DNA of 64,000 nt, taken from IMG/VR virus record IMGVR_UViG_3300035183_001487, positions 3,781 through 67,780 of that record, one strand, 5' to 3'. Shown in pieces: positions 35,407-44,599 of the stretch. Made by a program: the position numbers and the translations under genes. Numbering within the stretch: the stretch's first letter is position 1; every line of letters starts with the position of its first letter. The notes under the pieces are model-generated. The model saw nothing but the letters and a program-made list of their open reading frames with translations, was not told the DNA's origin and searched no databases. This stretch comes from a virus.

Positions 35407-36873
35407 ATGCTCGACGCAATCACCATCCTCGGCCAGCTCGCCGAGGGCAGTTCCGACCCCAGGGTCCGCAACATCATGAAGGCCCTGACCAGCACCCAGG
35501 CGGGGACCGACCTCTCCGCCCTCAGCGGCGGCGGCGCGCTGCGCATCGAGTCGATGGACCACGAGCTGGCCATCGCCGCCGTCCAGAACGAGCACTTCAA
35601 GCTGTTCAACAAGCTCTTTCCGTCGAAGGTCACGACGTGGAGCCTGATCGACCAGCAGGCCGTGAAGGACGAGATCGGCGGCTACCCCGGCGGTTCGGTG
35701 TCGAACGAGACGGCCTCGAACGTGCCCGAGCGCTCGGGCAAGTACCGGCGCGAGATCACGGAGCTGAAGGTCCTGGCCGAGTACGGCGGCGTCTCCGTCC
35801 CCACGGCGATGCAGGGCGTCCTGCAGCAGGCGGCGGGCATGGCCGACTTCAACAGCGGCGAGGAGGAGGTCTTCAATTCCCTTCTGCGCATCATGCAGAC
35901 CACCGAGTGGCTGCTGCTGAAGGGCGACGCCAGCATCGACACCTTCGAGTTCACGGGCCTCATCCCCGCCATCCAGTCCCGCGCGCCGCAGAACATCGTG
36001 GACATGGCCGGCGCCAAGCTGGAATCCGGCGCCAAGGTGGCGAGCCTGGCCGCCCAGCTCTCGAGCTTCGGGAACTGGGGCTCCCCGGACACCATCTACT
36101 GCTCCCCGCTGGTGAAGGCCGACTTCGACGCCAAGCTGGAATCCGGCTACCGCGTCAACCTGGACGCCAACATCCCGGCGACCGAGATCGGCGCCCTGGT
36201 GAAGGCCATCCGCTACAACGGCCTGGGCGTGGGCAACGGCATCCTGGACCTCGAGCCCCACGTCTACCTGGACGAGGCCCTGAAGGCCCCGGTCAGCACC
36301 TACGCCGACTCCGCCAACATCACCATTCCCGCCCCCGACAGCCTGGCCGGCGTGGCCGCCGCCGACGCCGCCAGCAAGTTCCTGGCTGGCCACGCGGGTG
36401 ACTACGTCTACCGCGCGGAGGCCGCCTCGGGCGCCAACGTCTCGACCACCGTGGCGAGTTCGGCGGTGACCGTGGCTGCTGGCGACAAGGTGACGCTCAC
36501 CATCAACGACGCCACCAACGGGTCGGAGACCTACTACAACGTCTACCGCGGCCGCAAGAACGCCGCCGGGGCCGCTTCCGACGTGCGTCTCATCGGGCGC
36601 GTGAAGAAGGCCGGCGCGACCACCACGTTCGTGGACTACAACGCCACCATCCCCGGCACCTCGGAGGCCCTGGTGCTCTCCACGAGCGTGCAGCAGCAGG
36701 CCCTCCGGCTCCTGCAGATGTGCCCGCCCTCCAAGCTGCCCCTGGCCCTGACCGGCCTCAACTACCGCTGGGTGATCTTCGCCATCATGGCCCTGCGCGT
36801 CGCGCAGCCGAAGAAGCTGGGCCTGATCAAGAACATCTTGCCCGCCAACGCCGCCTGGCTGCCCTTCGGCTGA
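35407..36873 (+). CDS. Major capsid protein
   Basis: MKALT...GGALRIESMD...EWLLLKGD...EFTGL...NIVDMAG, resembling A511/K-type myovirus capsids; strong codon bias. Confidence 0.9.
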   Translation: MLDAITILGQLAEGSSDPRVRNIMKALTSTQAGTDLSALSGGGALRIESMDHELAIAAVQNEHFKLFNKLFPSKVTTWSLIDQQAVKDEIGGYPGGSVSNETASNVPERSGKYRREITELKVLAEYGGVSVPTAMQGVLQQAAGMADFNSGEEEVFNSLLRIMQTTEWLLLKGDASIDTFEFTGLIPAIQSRAPQNIVDMAGAKLESGAKVASLAAQLSSFGNWGSPDTIYCSPLVKADFDAKLESGYRVNLDANIPATEIGALVKAIRYNGLGVGNGILDLEPHVYLDEALKAPVSTYADSANITIPAPDSLAGVAAADAASKFLAGHAGDYVYRAEAASGANVSTTVASSAVTVAAGDKVTLTINDATNGSETYYNVYRGRKNAAGAASDVRLIGRVKKAGATTTFVDYNATIPGTSEALVLSTSVQQQALRLLQMCPPSKLPLALTGLNYRWVIFAIMALRVAQPKKLGLIKNILPANAAWLPFG

Positions 36874-36909
36874 CGGGGAGCGCCCCTTCGCCCCTGCGGA
36901 GGCATCGAG

Positions 36910-36950
36910 AAGGGGCCCGGCTCCACCCACGGGCCGGGCCCCTTGGTTTT
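36910..36950 (+). terminator. Rho-independent terminator after capsid gene
   Basis: AAGGGGCCCGGC / GCCGGGCCCCTT stem then GGTTTT. Confidence 0.7.
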
Positions 36951-36976
36951 CCTGAACCCTTCCCCACGGAGTCCCC

Positions 36977-37477
36977 ATGTCCAACGCACCCCTCGTGGTC
37001 ATCGCCAGGAACGGCATGCCCTTCACGCCGCCGGTCATCGACGGCGAGACCTTCCGCCTGCTCGCCGACGACGTCTGGCTGGCCCTCGTCACCGAGGAGA
37101 AGGCCCAGCACATGACGCGCGTCCCGAACTACCGCCGATTCGGTGGCAAGGTGCCCGACGGCTTCTTCCCGGGCGTCACGGTGACCGTCGCCCCGCCGCC
37201 GAGCAACGATCCGGCCCTGCCTGGTGATGCCGGTGCGCCTGGCGGCGCCCCGCCGGCGGGCCAGGACGGCACCGACGGCACCCAGGGTGGTGACGGCGCC
37301 CCCGCGGGCTCCGCGCCGGACGGCCTCTCCCCGGAGATCGCCAGCCTCACCAGGAAGGAGCTGGCGGCCTACGCCTTCGAGAAATTCAAGGCCCCGCTGG
37401 AGCTGGGGCGCCGGGAGGACATGCTCCAGGCCGTCCAGAAGCTCATCAACGACGCGAAGGGCGCCCCGAAGGAGTAA
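36977..37477 (+). CDS. Hypothetical head-associated protein
   Basis: GGAG RBS; C-terminal LTRKELAAYA...RREDML helical motif. Confidence 0.6.
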   Translation: MSNAPLVVIARNGMPFTPPVIDGETFRLLADDVWLALVTEEKAQHMTRVPNYRRFGGKVPDGFFPGVTVTVAPPPSNDPALPGDAGAPGGAPPAGQDGTDGTQGGDGAPAGSAPDGLSPEIASLTRKELAAYAFEKFKAPLELGRREDMLQAVQKLINDAKGAPKE

Positions 37478-37480
37478 CCA

Positions 37481-38269
37481 ATGGCCAGCGGCGTCACGGC
37501 CCAGGAGCTGAAGGACCAGCTGCTCTACGGGCTCATCTCCCAGATCCCCCTCCTCCAGTCCTGGGGGGGGATCGATGATGCCTTGACGGCCGCCATCGAG
37601 GAGGCCGAGGGCTTCGTGGAGCGGGAGCTGGGCACCCGGTTCGCCGTCACCCAGTTCCGGTCCTACATGGCGGCGGCCGCGGAGCCCGTCCCCCCGACGC
37701 CCGGCCCGGGGCAGGACGCGGTGGAGTACGAGCCGCCCTACCAGTGGCCCGGCTACACGCCCGGGGACGGCTATCCGAGGATCCGCACCCGGGTCCGGCC
37801 GCTCCTCGAAGTCACGGCGCTCAAGCTGAACCTCCCGGGCTCCATCGTGGCGCCCTACACGGTGCCCCTGGGCTGGCTCCGCGTGGACCGGACCATCCAC
37901 GAGGTGATGGTCGCCCCGTCGGCGGGGACGGTGCCCTTCGGGCTGGCCCAGGCGCGCTGGTGGACCGGGCTGCGCCTGCCGCAGTCGGCCCTGCTGGAGT
38001 ACCGGGCTGGGCTGGGCGCCGACGGCCTGAAGAAGTGGCCCCAGGTGCTGCGCCTGGTGAAGCTCCACGCCGCCATCGCCTTCCTCCCGACGGCCGGGCT
38101 GATCCTGAACCCCACGGTCAGCACGAGCGAGAGCGCCGACGGCCTCTCCCAGAGCCGGTCCAACGGCTACGTGTTCAAGGACCTGGAGGACCGCCTGCGC
38201 TCGGAGGCCGAGGCCCTGATGCTCTCGATGCGCAACGTCTGGGAAGGTCCCGGGCTGTTCGTCCTGTAG
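37481..38269 (+). CDS. Probable head-tail adaptor/neck protein
   Basis: AIEEAEGFVERELG, LEYRAG, SESADGLSQS; position. Confidence 0.6.
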   Translation: MASGVTAQELKDQLLYGLISQIPLLQSWGGIDDALTAAIEEAEGFVERELGTRFAVTQFRSYMAAAAEPVPPTPGPGQDAVEYEPPYQWPGYTPGDGYPRIRTRVRPLLEVTALKLNLPGSIVAPYTVPLGWLRVDRTIHEVMVAPSAGTVPFGLAQARWWTGLRLPQSALLEYRAGLGADGLKKWPQVLRLVKLHAAIAFLPTAGLILNPTVSTSESADGLSQSRSNGYVFKDLEDRLRSEAEALMLSMRNVWEGPGLFVL

Positions 38270-38278
38270 GAGGCCGCC

Positions 38279-39466
38279 GTGCCGATCATCGATGGCCTGT
38301 CGCAGCTCACGGGGGCCGTGCAGGGCGCCCGGGCCCTTCTGTCGCCTAACCCGCTCGGGAAGGCGTCCCAGGCCACGACGCTGCCCTTCTACCGCTTCGA
38401 GGTCTGGAACGACGCCGGCCCGGCCCCTGTGGCGGACCTGCAGGGCGAGATCCTGACCGTCTCCAAGGGGACCCTGGCCCTCCGCCTGCCGCCGTCCTCC
38501 TTCCAGTACGAGCCGGTGTACCGCGCCGAGGTCAGCCTGGACATGGCCGGTGAGGTCGTGGTCTACGACGGCGGCCCGGGCATCGGGCGGTGCTCCATCC
38601 GGGGCCAGCATGGGCTGGGCATCCCGACGGCGGACCTGGCCCGCCTCTTCGGCAAGGACATCAAGTCCACCCAGGAGAGCGCCGGCTTCCTGATGGTCCA
38701 GGCCCTGGAGCGGTGGTTCGAGGACTGGGCCGAGACCAACAAGCGGCGCTACGCCGACGGGAAGGAGGGCCTCCGCTTGGCCTTCTCGGTGCGCGACGGC
38801 TCCTGGACGGAGTGGCAGAACCGGACGCGCTGGATCATGCCCATCACCCTGCCCACGCAGGAGCGCTCCGTGGCGCGCCCGCTGGACTGGGCCTACTCCA
38901 TGTCCTGGTGGGACCTGGGGCCGATGAAGCCCAAGGGCAAGGCGACCGACCCGGCGAAGCCCGGGGGGCCCGCCGACCTGCTGGGGAAGGCGGCATCCCT
39001 GAAGGCCCGCGCCCAGGCTCTGGTGGCGCCGTTGACCTCGCGCAGCCTGGGGCCCCTGGCTTCCCAGGCCCAGGCCCTCGCCAACGGGCTTGGCGACCTC
39101 CGCTCCTCCCTGGAGGCCCTGCGGCGGGACGCCGTGGGCGTGGTCCAGGGCGTCCGGGACACCGCGGCCCAGATCAGCCTGAATGCTGCGGGCATCATGG
39201 CCGCCGTGAACCCTCAGACCTTCGGCGACTCCCTGCTCGCGGAGGTCCGGGGCGTCAGCCTCGACTCCCGGCAGCTGGCCGGCGAGGTCATGCGCTGGGA
39301 CACGACCCTGGGGCTCACCGACGTGCCCTCGCGCGCTCCCGAGGTCGTCTTCCAGGGCACTGGGAACCTCCAGACCCTTGCCGCCTCCCAGGGCGGGGGC
39401 ATCGATGAGTGGGTGGACATGGCGCGTGGCGGACAGCTGCGCTGGCCCTACACGGAGGTGCCCTGA
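38279..39466 (+). CDS. Probable tail tube initiator/baseplate protein
   Basis: LRLPPSSFQY, ERSVARPLDWAYSM, degenerate LysM-like C-terminus; precedes gp25-like gene. Confidence 0.5.
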   Translation: MPIIDGLSQLTGAVQGARALLSPNPLGKASQATTLPFYRFEVWNDAGPAPVADLQGEILTVSKGTLALRLPPSSFQYEPVYRAEVSLDMAGEVVVYDGGPGIGRCSIRGQHGLGIPTADLARLFGKDIKSTQESAGFLMVQALERWFEDWAETNKRRYADGKEGLRLAFSVRDGSWTEWQNRTRWIMPITLPTQERSVARPLDWAYSMSWWDLGPMKPKGKATDPAKPGGPADLLGKAASLKARAQALVAPLTSRSLGPLASQAQALANGLGDLRSSLEALRRDAVGVVQGVRDTAAQISLNAAGIMAAVNPQTFGDSLLAEVRGVSLDSRQLAGEVMRWDTTLGLTDVPSRAPEVVFQGTGNLQTLAASQGGGIDEWVDMARGGQLRWPYTEVP

Positions 39467-39918
39467 TGCCGCGCGTCGTCGGTGTGCCCAACCCGGGGAC
39501 CGTCCTTCAGCCTGGGGACCGGGCGAGCCAGCCCGTGCAGAACCTTCGGGGCCGCCTGGCTGGCGATCCCATCGGCCGGGACCTCGACCCCGATGGCCGG
39601 CCCGGGGTGCTGATCCCTGGGATCCAGAACCTCAAGAACGCCCTCGAGCGCCGGCTGCGCACGCCCAGGGGCTACCTCCCCCATCACCCCCAGTACGGCT
39701 CGGGCCTCCACCGCTACATCGGCTCGATGCTGGCCCTCGCCGAGGTCCTGGGCGCCCGGGACGAGGCGGCCCGCACCCTGCTCGATGATCCGCGGGTGCT
39801 GGGCATCGTGCGGCTGGCCGTCGACGTGGAGGGGGACGCCATCCTCATCAACGGGGCCGTCGAGACGCCGCTGGGTGAGGTCGAGATCTCGACGTCCGTC
39901 ATTTCCTCGGAGGGCTGA
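39466..39918 (+). CDS. Baseplate wedge protein (gp25/gpW-like)
   Basis: GIQNLKNALERRLRTPRG...HPQYGS...LLDDPRV. Confidence 0.85.
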   Translation: MPRVVGVPNPGTVLQPGDRASQPVQNLRGRLAGDPIGRDLDPDGRPGVLIPGIQNLKNALERRLRTPRGYLPHHPQYGSGLHRYIGSMLALAEVLGARDEAARTLLDDPRVLGIVRLAVDVEGDAILINGAVETPLGEVEISTSVISSEG

Positions 39919-39920
39919 CC

Positions 39921-41162
39921 ATGGCCGGGTTTGAAATTCGCCGCTGGGAAGGCCTGACGCAGAAGGCCATCGACTGGATCCAGTCCAACCCCGACGCCGC
40001 CGACGGCGTCATCCCCTCCGACCTCTTCGTGGGGAGCCTCGAGCGGTCGCACATCGAGGCCGTCGCCCTGCTCATGGAGGAGCTGGACGTCCGGGCCGCC
40101 CAGGCCATTTCCTGGGCCGTCCAGGAGAGCGCCTTCCGCGCCTTCGGCTTCACCCTCCTGCCCGCCAAGGCCGCCACGGGCTCCGTGGTGTTCATGGCCG
40201 TCGTGCCTCCGGCCCTGGAGATCGAAATCCCCCAGGGGACCAAGGTGGTGAGCAAGGGCGGCCAGGTGTTCATCACGACCGCGCCTGGCGTCATCGCCGT
40301 AGGCGAGTACGCCTCCGCCGAGATCCCCGTCGTGGCGGCGGTGCCGGGCCCTGATGGGAACGTGCCGACCGAGGACATCGCCGCCCTGGTGTACCCCATC
40401 GCCGGGGTCGACGGCGTGACGAACTACGAGCCCATGCGGTACGGAAGCCCCGAGGAGGGCGACACGGCCCGGCGGGCCCGGTTCGTGCGCTACATCCGGT
40501 CGCTGCCTCGCGGGACCGTGGACGCCCTGGAGTTCGCCGCGGAGTCCACCGGGGTGGTGGCCTCGGCGAAGTGCGTTGAGCCGTGGGCGCTCAACCCCAT
40601 CCCCGCCGGCTCCCCCGCGGCGGGCGTGGCCTACCTGTACGTGGACGACGGCGTGGGCGGGCCGACCCTGCTCCCCGACGTGGAGGCCGCCGTCCGGGAG
40701 ACGGTGAACGGCTACATCGACGGCGACGGGCGCCGGGTCCCCGGGTGGAAGGCTGCGGGGATCCCCGTGCTGCTCTACCCCGTCCAGCAGAAGGGCATCA
40801 AGCTCAGGGCCACGGTGCGCGTGGCGCCCGCCGCCCGCCAGCGGTGGTCCTCGGTCGCCGAGAACCTCAGCGCGGCCGCCACCGCCTACTTCGCGTCCCT
40901 CGGGATCGCGCAGCCCGTCAGCTACCAGGACCTGTTCATCGCCCTCACGCTCTGCGATGACGCGATTGTCTCGGTTGCCCTGTCCATGTGGCCCGCCGAC
41001 TCGGTGGCCCCTGGCTACGATGCCCCGCTCTCCGCGGACGACATCCAGCTTTCCGACAGCACCACGGCGGCGGGCTACGGGGTGCGGCACACCCTCTTCT
41101 CCGGGCAGGCCCTGGAGCCCTCCGGCGCCGTGGACTACCCCGAGTGGAGGCTCGCTCCGTGA
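39921..41162 (+). CDS. Baseplate J-like protein
   Basis: AKAATGSVVF...IPQGT...GPDGNV...EEGDTARRARF...RGT. Confidence 0.9.
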   Translation: MAGFEIRRWEGLTQKAIDWIQSNPDAADGVIPSDLFVGSLERSHIEAVALLMEELDVRAAQAISWAVQESAFRAFGFTLLPAKAATGSVVFMAVVPPALEIEIPQGTKVVSKGGQVFITTAPGVIAVGEYASAEIPVVAAVPGPDGNVPTEDIAALVYPIAGVDGVTNYEPMRYGSPEEGDTARRARFVRYIRSLPRGTVDALEFAAESTGVVASAKCVEPWALNPIPAGSPAAGVAYLYVDDGVGGPTLLPDVEAAVRETVNGYIDGDGRRVPGWKAAGIPVLLYPVQQKGIKLRATVRVAPAARQRWSSVAENLSAAATAYFASLGIAQPVSYQDLFIALTLCDDAIVSVALSMWPADSVAPGYDAPLSADDIQLSDSTTAAGYGVRHTLFSGQALEPSGAVDYPEWRLAP

Positions 41163-43066
41163 GCGCCCTCCGGGGCATCACCGCCAAGGTTTCCCTCGTC
41201 TCGAGCTACGTCGATGGGGAGAAGGAGCGGTACTCGCTGCTGTGGAACCCGGCCGCCGGGCTCTCGGTGCTGCTCATCCGCCAGGGCGACAAGGACGAGG
41301 CCATCGAGGGCGCTCTGGGCCTGGTCCAGGTCGAGACCCAGGAGACGCTCCAGCAGCACGCCTGCACCCTGGTCTTCAAGGCCGGGGGGGTGGCCGACCG
41401 GCTGCTGGACCTTGTGGAGCCCATGGACGCCCTCCGGGTGGAGATCCTCGGCGACGACGGCGTGTGGGAGGTGGCCTTCGACGGCTTCGTGGTGTCCGAG
41501 AACGACCGCCAGGTGTCCACCATGCGTTCGGCCTCCCGGGGCTACACGATCCAGGCCGTGGGCTTCCGGAAGATCCTCGAGCAGTCCTGGCTCAACTGGC
41601 AGGGGAAGATCCGCGCCGGCGCGTCCAAGGAGTTGTTCGGGCCGGGATCCTCGCTCTACAAGAAGCTCACGGACGAGGGGGTGGGCAAGCAGCCCACTTG
41701 GCTGATCGAGACCCTGCTGCGGGATGGCGTGGGCCAGTTCCTGGGCCTCTACGTCGGCGGGGAGAAGCTGGAGTTCGGGACGGCCTTCCAGGTGGGCGAG
41801 GGCGCGGACTGGGATACCGCCTTCGACCTGAAGCAGGCGTTCAGCCGGGACTGGTACCTGCAGAGCAACGGGCCGCTCTGGAGCATCCTGGCGGGCCTGT
41901 CGGAGCCGGACGTCCACGAGTTCTTCGTCTCCTACCGCCCCCGGGCCTCGGGGAACGGTGACTTCGACATCCCCACGCTGATCTTCCGGCCGCGGCCCTG
42001 GCCCGGCCCTGAAGGCGACGACGCCGGGTGGAACGCCCTGGACGTGACGTCCGTGGGCGCGCCTGGCTCGGGGACGGCCAGCCGGGACGTGGTGTGGCAG
42101 AAGTCCGACACCCAGGCGCCCAACGTCTTCAGCTTGGCCGCGGCCTCGGCTTCCGACGGCACGGCGGCCGACAACAACGTGAAGATCCGGACGCCCTTCA
42201 TGGTGGACCGGAAGGGCATCGCCAGGCGCGGGTTCTTCGAGCGCCAGGTGGTCATGACGCTGACCCCGCAGGGGACGGCGGGCTGGTGGGGCGAGGTCGG
42301 CACGAAGATCCTCCGGCGCGTCGCCTACCAGGAGGCCCCGCTGCCCTACCTCTGGGACTTCAGCGGCACCTATCCCCTCCTGGCCGGCGCCCGGGCGGGG
42401 ACGGCCTTCGAGGACCAGGCGCTCGGCATGGCTGGCTACCTCGTCTCCGTCTCCCACCGGATCTCGGTGCGCGAGGATGGGGTGTCGGCGTCCACGTCCC
42501 TGGGCGCCGTCCGCTGCCTCCGGGGCTCGGACGTCGCCACCTACCCCGACATCGTGCGGCGGCTGGTGAACATCACCGAGGAGCGGTGGATCGAGTCCGA
42601 GCCCGCCAAGGAGACCGAGAAGGCGGCGAAGCCGACCAGCGAGGAAAGCCAGCCGGCCGTGCGCAAGGGCGGGGATCACCAGCGTCTCACGAAGTCGGAG
42701 AAGCACCCGAACATCCCCAACACGCCGACGGGCCAGGCCGCCCAGAACCTGGAGCGCCTGAAGAAGAAGCTCCAGCAGGTGGAGGGCCTGGTCGGCCCTG
42801 TGCGGGTGACGTCCGGCTACCGCTCGGACGCGCTGAACCGGGCCGTGAAGGGCAGGGAGAACAGCCAGCACAAGGACGGCAACGCCGTGGACTTCCAGCC
42901 GGCGGGCGACGCCCAGGCAGCCTGGGAGACCCTGAAGAACACGCCGGGTCTGCTCTACGACCAGCTGATCCTCGAGATCCGCAGCGACGGCACCAAGTGG
43001 ATCCACATGAGCCAGGCCAACGAGGGCGACACGCCCCGCCGCCAGGCCTTCATCGACCACGTGTAG
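41159..43066 (+). CDS. Baseplate hub protein fused to peptidase M15
   Basis: N-terminal hub-like region; C-terminal TSGYRS..LN.AV.G..NSQH..GNAVDF...DQLILE...WIHMS. Confidence 0.8.
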   Translation: MSALRGITAKVSLVSSYVDGEKERYSLLWNPAAGLSVLLIRQGDKDEAIEGALGLVQVETQETLQQHACTLVFKAGGVADRLLDLVEPMDALRVEILGDDGVWEVAFDGFVVSENDRQVSTMRSASRGYTIQAVGFRKILEQSWLNWQGKIRAGASKELFGPGSSLYKKLTDEGVGKQPTWLIETLLRDGVGQFLGLYVGGEKLEFGTAFQVGEGADWDTAFDLKQAFSRDWYLQSNGPLWSILAGLSEPDVHEFFVSYRPRASGNGDFDIPTLIFRPRPWPGPEGDDAGWNALDVTSVGAPGSGTASRDVVWQKSDTQAPNVFSLAAASASDGTAADNNVKIRTPFMVDRKGIARRGFFERQVVMTLTPQGTAGWWGEVGTKILRRVAYQEAPLPYLWDFSGTYPLLAGARAGTAFEDQALGMAGYLVSVSHRISVREDGVSASTSLGAVRCLRGSDVATYPDIVRRLVNITEERWIESEPAKETEKAAKPTSEESQPAVRKGGDHQRLTKSEKHPNIPNTPTGQAAQNLERLKKKLQQVEGLVGPVRVTSGYRSDALNRAVKGRENSQHKDGNAVDFQPAGDAQAAWETLKNTPGLLYDQLILEIRSDGTKWIHMSQANEGDTPRRQAFIDHV

Positions 43067-43074
43067 GAGGGCCC

Positions 43075-43797
43075 ATGTCCGACCTGGCCATCTGCCTGGA
43101 GCGCGTCGAGGGTGGCATCCGCGTCCTCTACCGGGACGGCGTCGAGTCCTCGAAGGACAACCCCGTCCGGGTGCTCATGCGCCGGGCCCACACCGCCGGC
43201 GGGACCGCCAGCGAGTTCCCCCAGCCCGGGGAGCTTGGCCTGGTGGAGCGCGTGGACGAGGGCCTTGCCATCTGGCTCGGCTCCCTACCCGAGCAGGAGG
43301 CCAACCAGATCCCCCTCGAGCTGAACATGGCCTACTGGCGCCACGAGTCCGGCCTGCGCCGCTGGACCGCCCAGAACGGCGATGTGGCGTTCGACCACCC
43401 TTCCGGGCTGAAGCTCTGGGCCACCATCGAAGACGGCCCTCCTGCGCGCCCGGAAACCTCCGCAAGCCCCACCGAGGTGAAGACCGACCCTGTGCAGGTG
43501 GGCCTGGACCACCCCTCGGGCGTGAAGGTCCGCATCGAGGCCGACGGCCGGGTCCGCCTTGAGGCCTTGGGCGGGGCCCTCCTGACCGTGGACGCCGAGG
43601 GGAAGGTCGCCCTGCAGGGCGCCGAGGTCATGTTCCAGGACGCCTCGGCCCGGTTTGTCATGGAGGCCCTCGTCGACTGGGTGAAGACGCACACCCACTC
43701 GGGGGTTCAGACGGGCGGGGGCGTGTCGGGGGCGCCCTCCTCCCAGCCCCCGGCGTCCAGCCTGAGCCCCTCCACCTTCAAGGGCCCCCATGCCTGA
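43075..43797 (+). CDS. Baseplate central spike (gpV-like)
   Basis: FPQPGE.GLV OB-fold motif, HPSG beta repeats, HTHSGV apex. Confidence 0.8.
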   Translation: MSDLAICLERVEGGIRVLYRDGVESSKDNPVRVLMRRAHTAGGTASEFPQPGELGLVERVDEGLAIWLGSLPEQEANQIPLELNMAYWRHESGLRRWTAQNGDVAFDHPSGLKLWATIEDGPPARPETSASPTEVKTDPVQVGLDHPSGVKVRIEADGRVRLEALGGALLTVDAEGKVALQGAEVMFQDASARFVMEALVDWVKTHTHSGVQTGGGVSGAPSSQPPASSLSPSTFKGPHA

Positions 43798-44599
43798 CGC
43801 CTCCTTCGCCGCCTGGGTGAACCTGGACGCCCTCCGGGTCGAGCTGGAGCTGGTGGCCGGCGGCCTGGTGCCGGGCGACTTCACGTCCTTCGCCGCGGGC
43901 ATGGAGGCCACCGCCGAGGACGCCGAGGCCAAGTACCGGGGCTACCTGACCGGGCACCCCATCCCGGGGAAGGGCGCGCTGAAGCGGCCCACCGGGGGCT
44001 TGGCGCGGGGCGTCTACCGCCGCCAGGACGCCCTCCTGCAGTGGGCCCTCGGGAACGCCTCCGACCACGCAAAGGCCGTCGAGGAGGGCGCGCCGGAGCG
44101 GGACATGAAGAAGTCCCTAGCGACGGCCCCGCGGGCCCGGAAGGCCAAGGATGGGAGCCTGTACCTGATCATCCCCTTCCGCCACGGCGTCTCCACGGCC
44201 TCGCGCCTGGCGCCCATGCCGAAGGCCGTTCACGCCATGGCGGTGCAGATGGCGCACTCCCGCGTCGTGAGCCAGAAGACCCGGGTGTCCGCGACGGGGC
44301 ACACGGTGCCCGCCTGGATCTACGAGTGGAACGGCCGCCTCACGAAGCAGCAGCTGCAGGACGCCGGGATGGACGATGCGACGGTGAAGCGCTACCAGGG
44401 CCTCGTGCGCATGGGCAAGCCCAAGCAGACCACCTACATGACCTTCCGGGTGATGAGCCAGAAGAGCAAGGGGTGGATCCGCCCCGCCCAGCCTGGGCTG
44501 GCCCCCCTCCAGACGGCCATCGATGTGGCCTGGACCACGAACAAGCCGGCCCTCGAGGAGGCTCTGCAGGCGGACCTGGAGAGCCTCCTGCTGGGCTAG
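43790..44599 (+). CDS. Virion morphogenesis/neck protein
   Basis: HAKAVEEG...YLIIPFRHG...YMTFRVMS...GWIRP. Confidence 0.55.
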   Translation: MPDASFAAWVNLDALRVELELVAGGLVPGDFTSFAAGMEATAEDAEAKYRGYLTGHPIPGKGALKRPTGGLARGVYRRQDALLQWALGNASDHAKAVEEGAPERDMKKSLATAPRARKAKDGSLYLIIPFRHGVSTASRLAPMPKAVHAMAVQMAHSRVVSQKTRVSATGHTVPAWIYEWNGRLTKQQLQDAGMDDATVKRYQGLVRMGKPKQTTYMTFRVMSQKSKGWIRPAQPGLAPLQTAIDVAWTTNKPALEEALQADLESLLLG

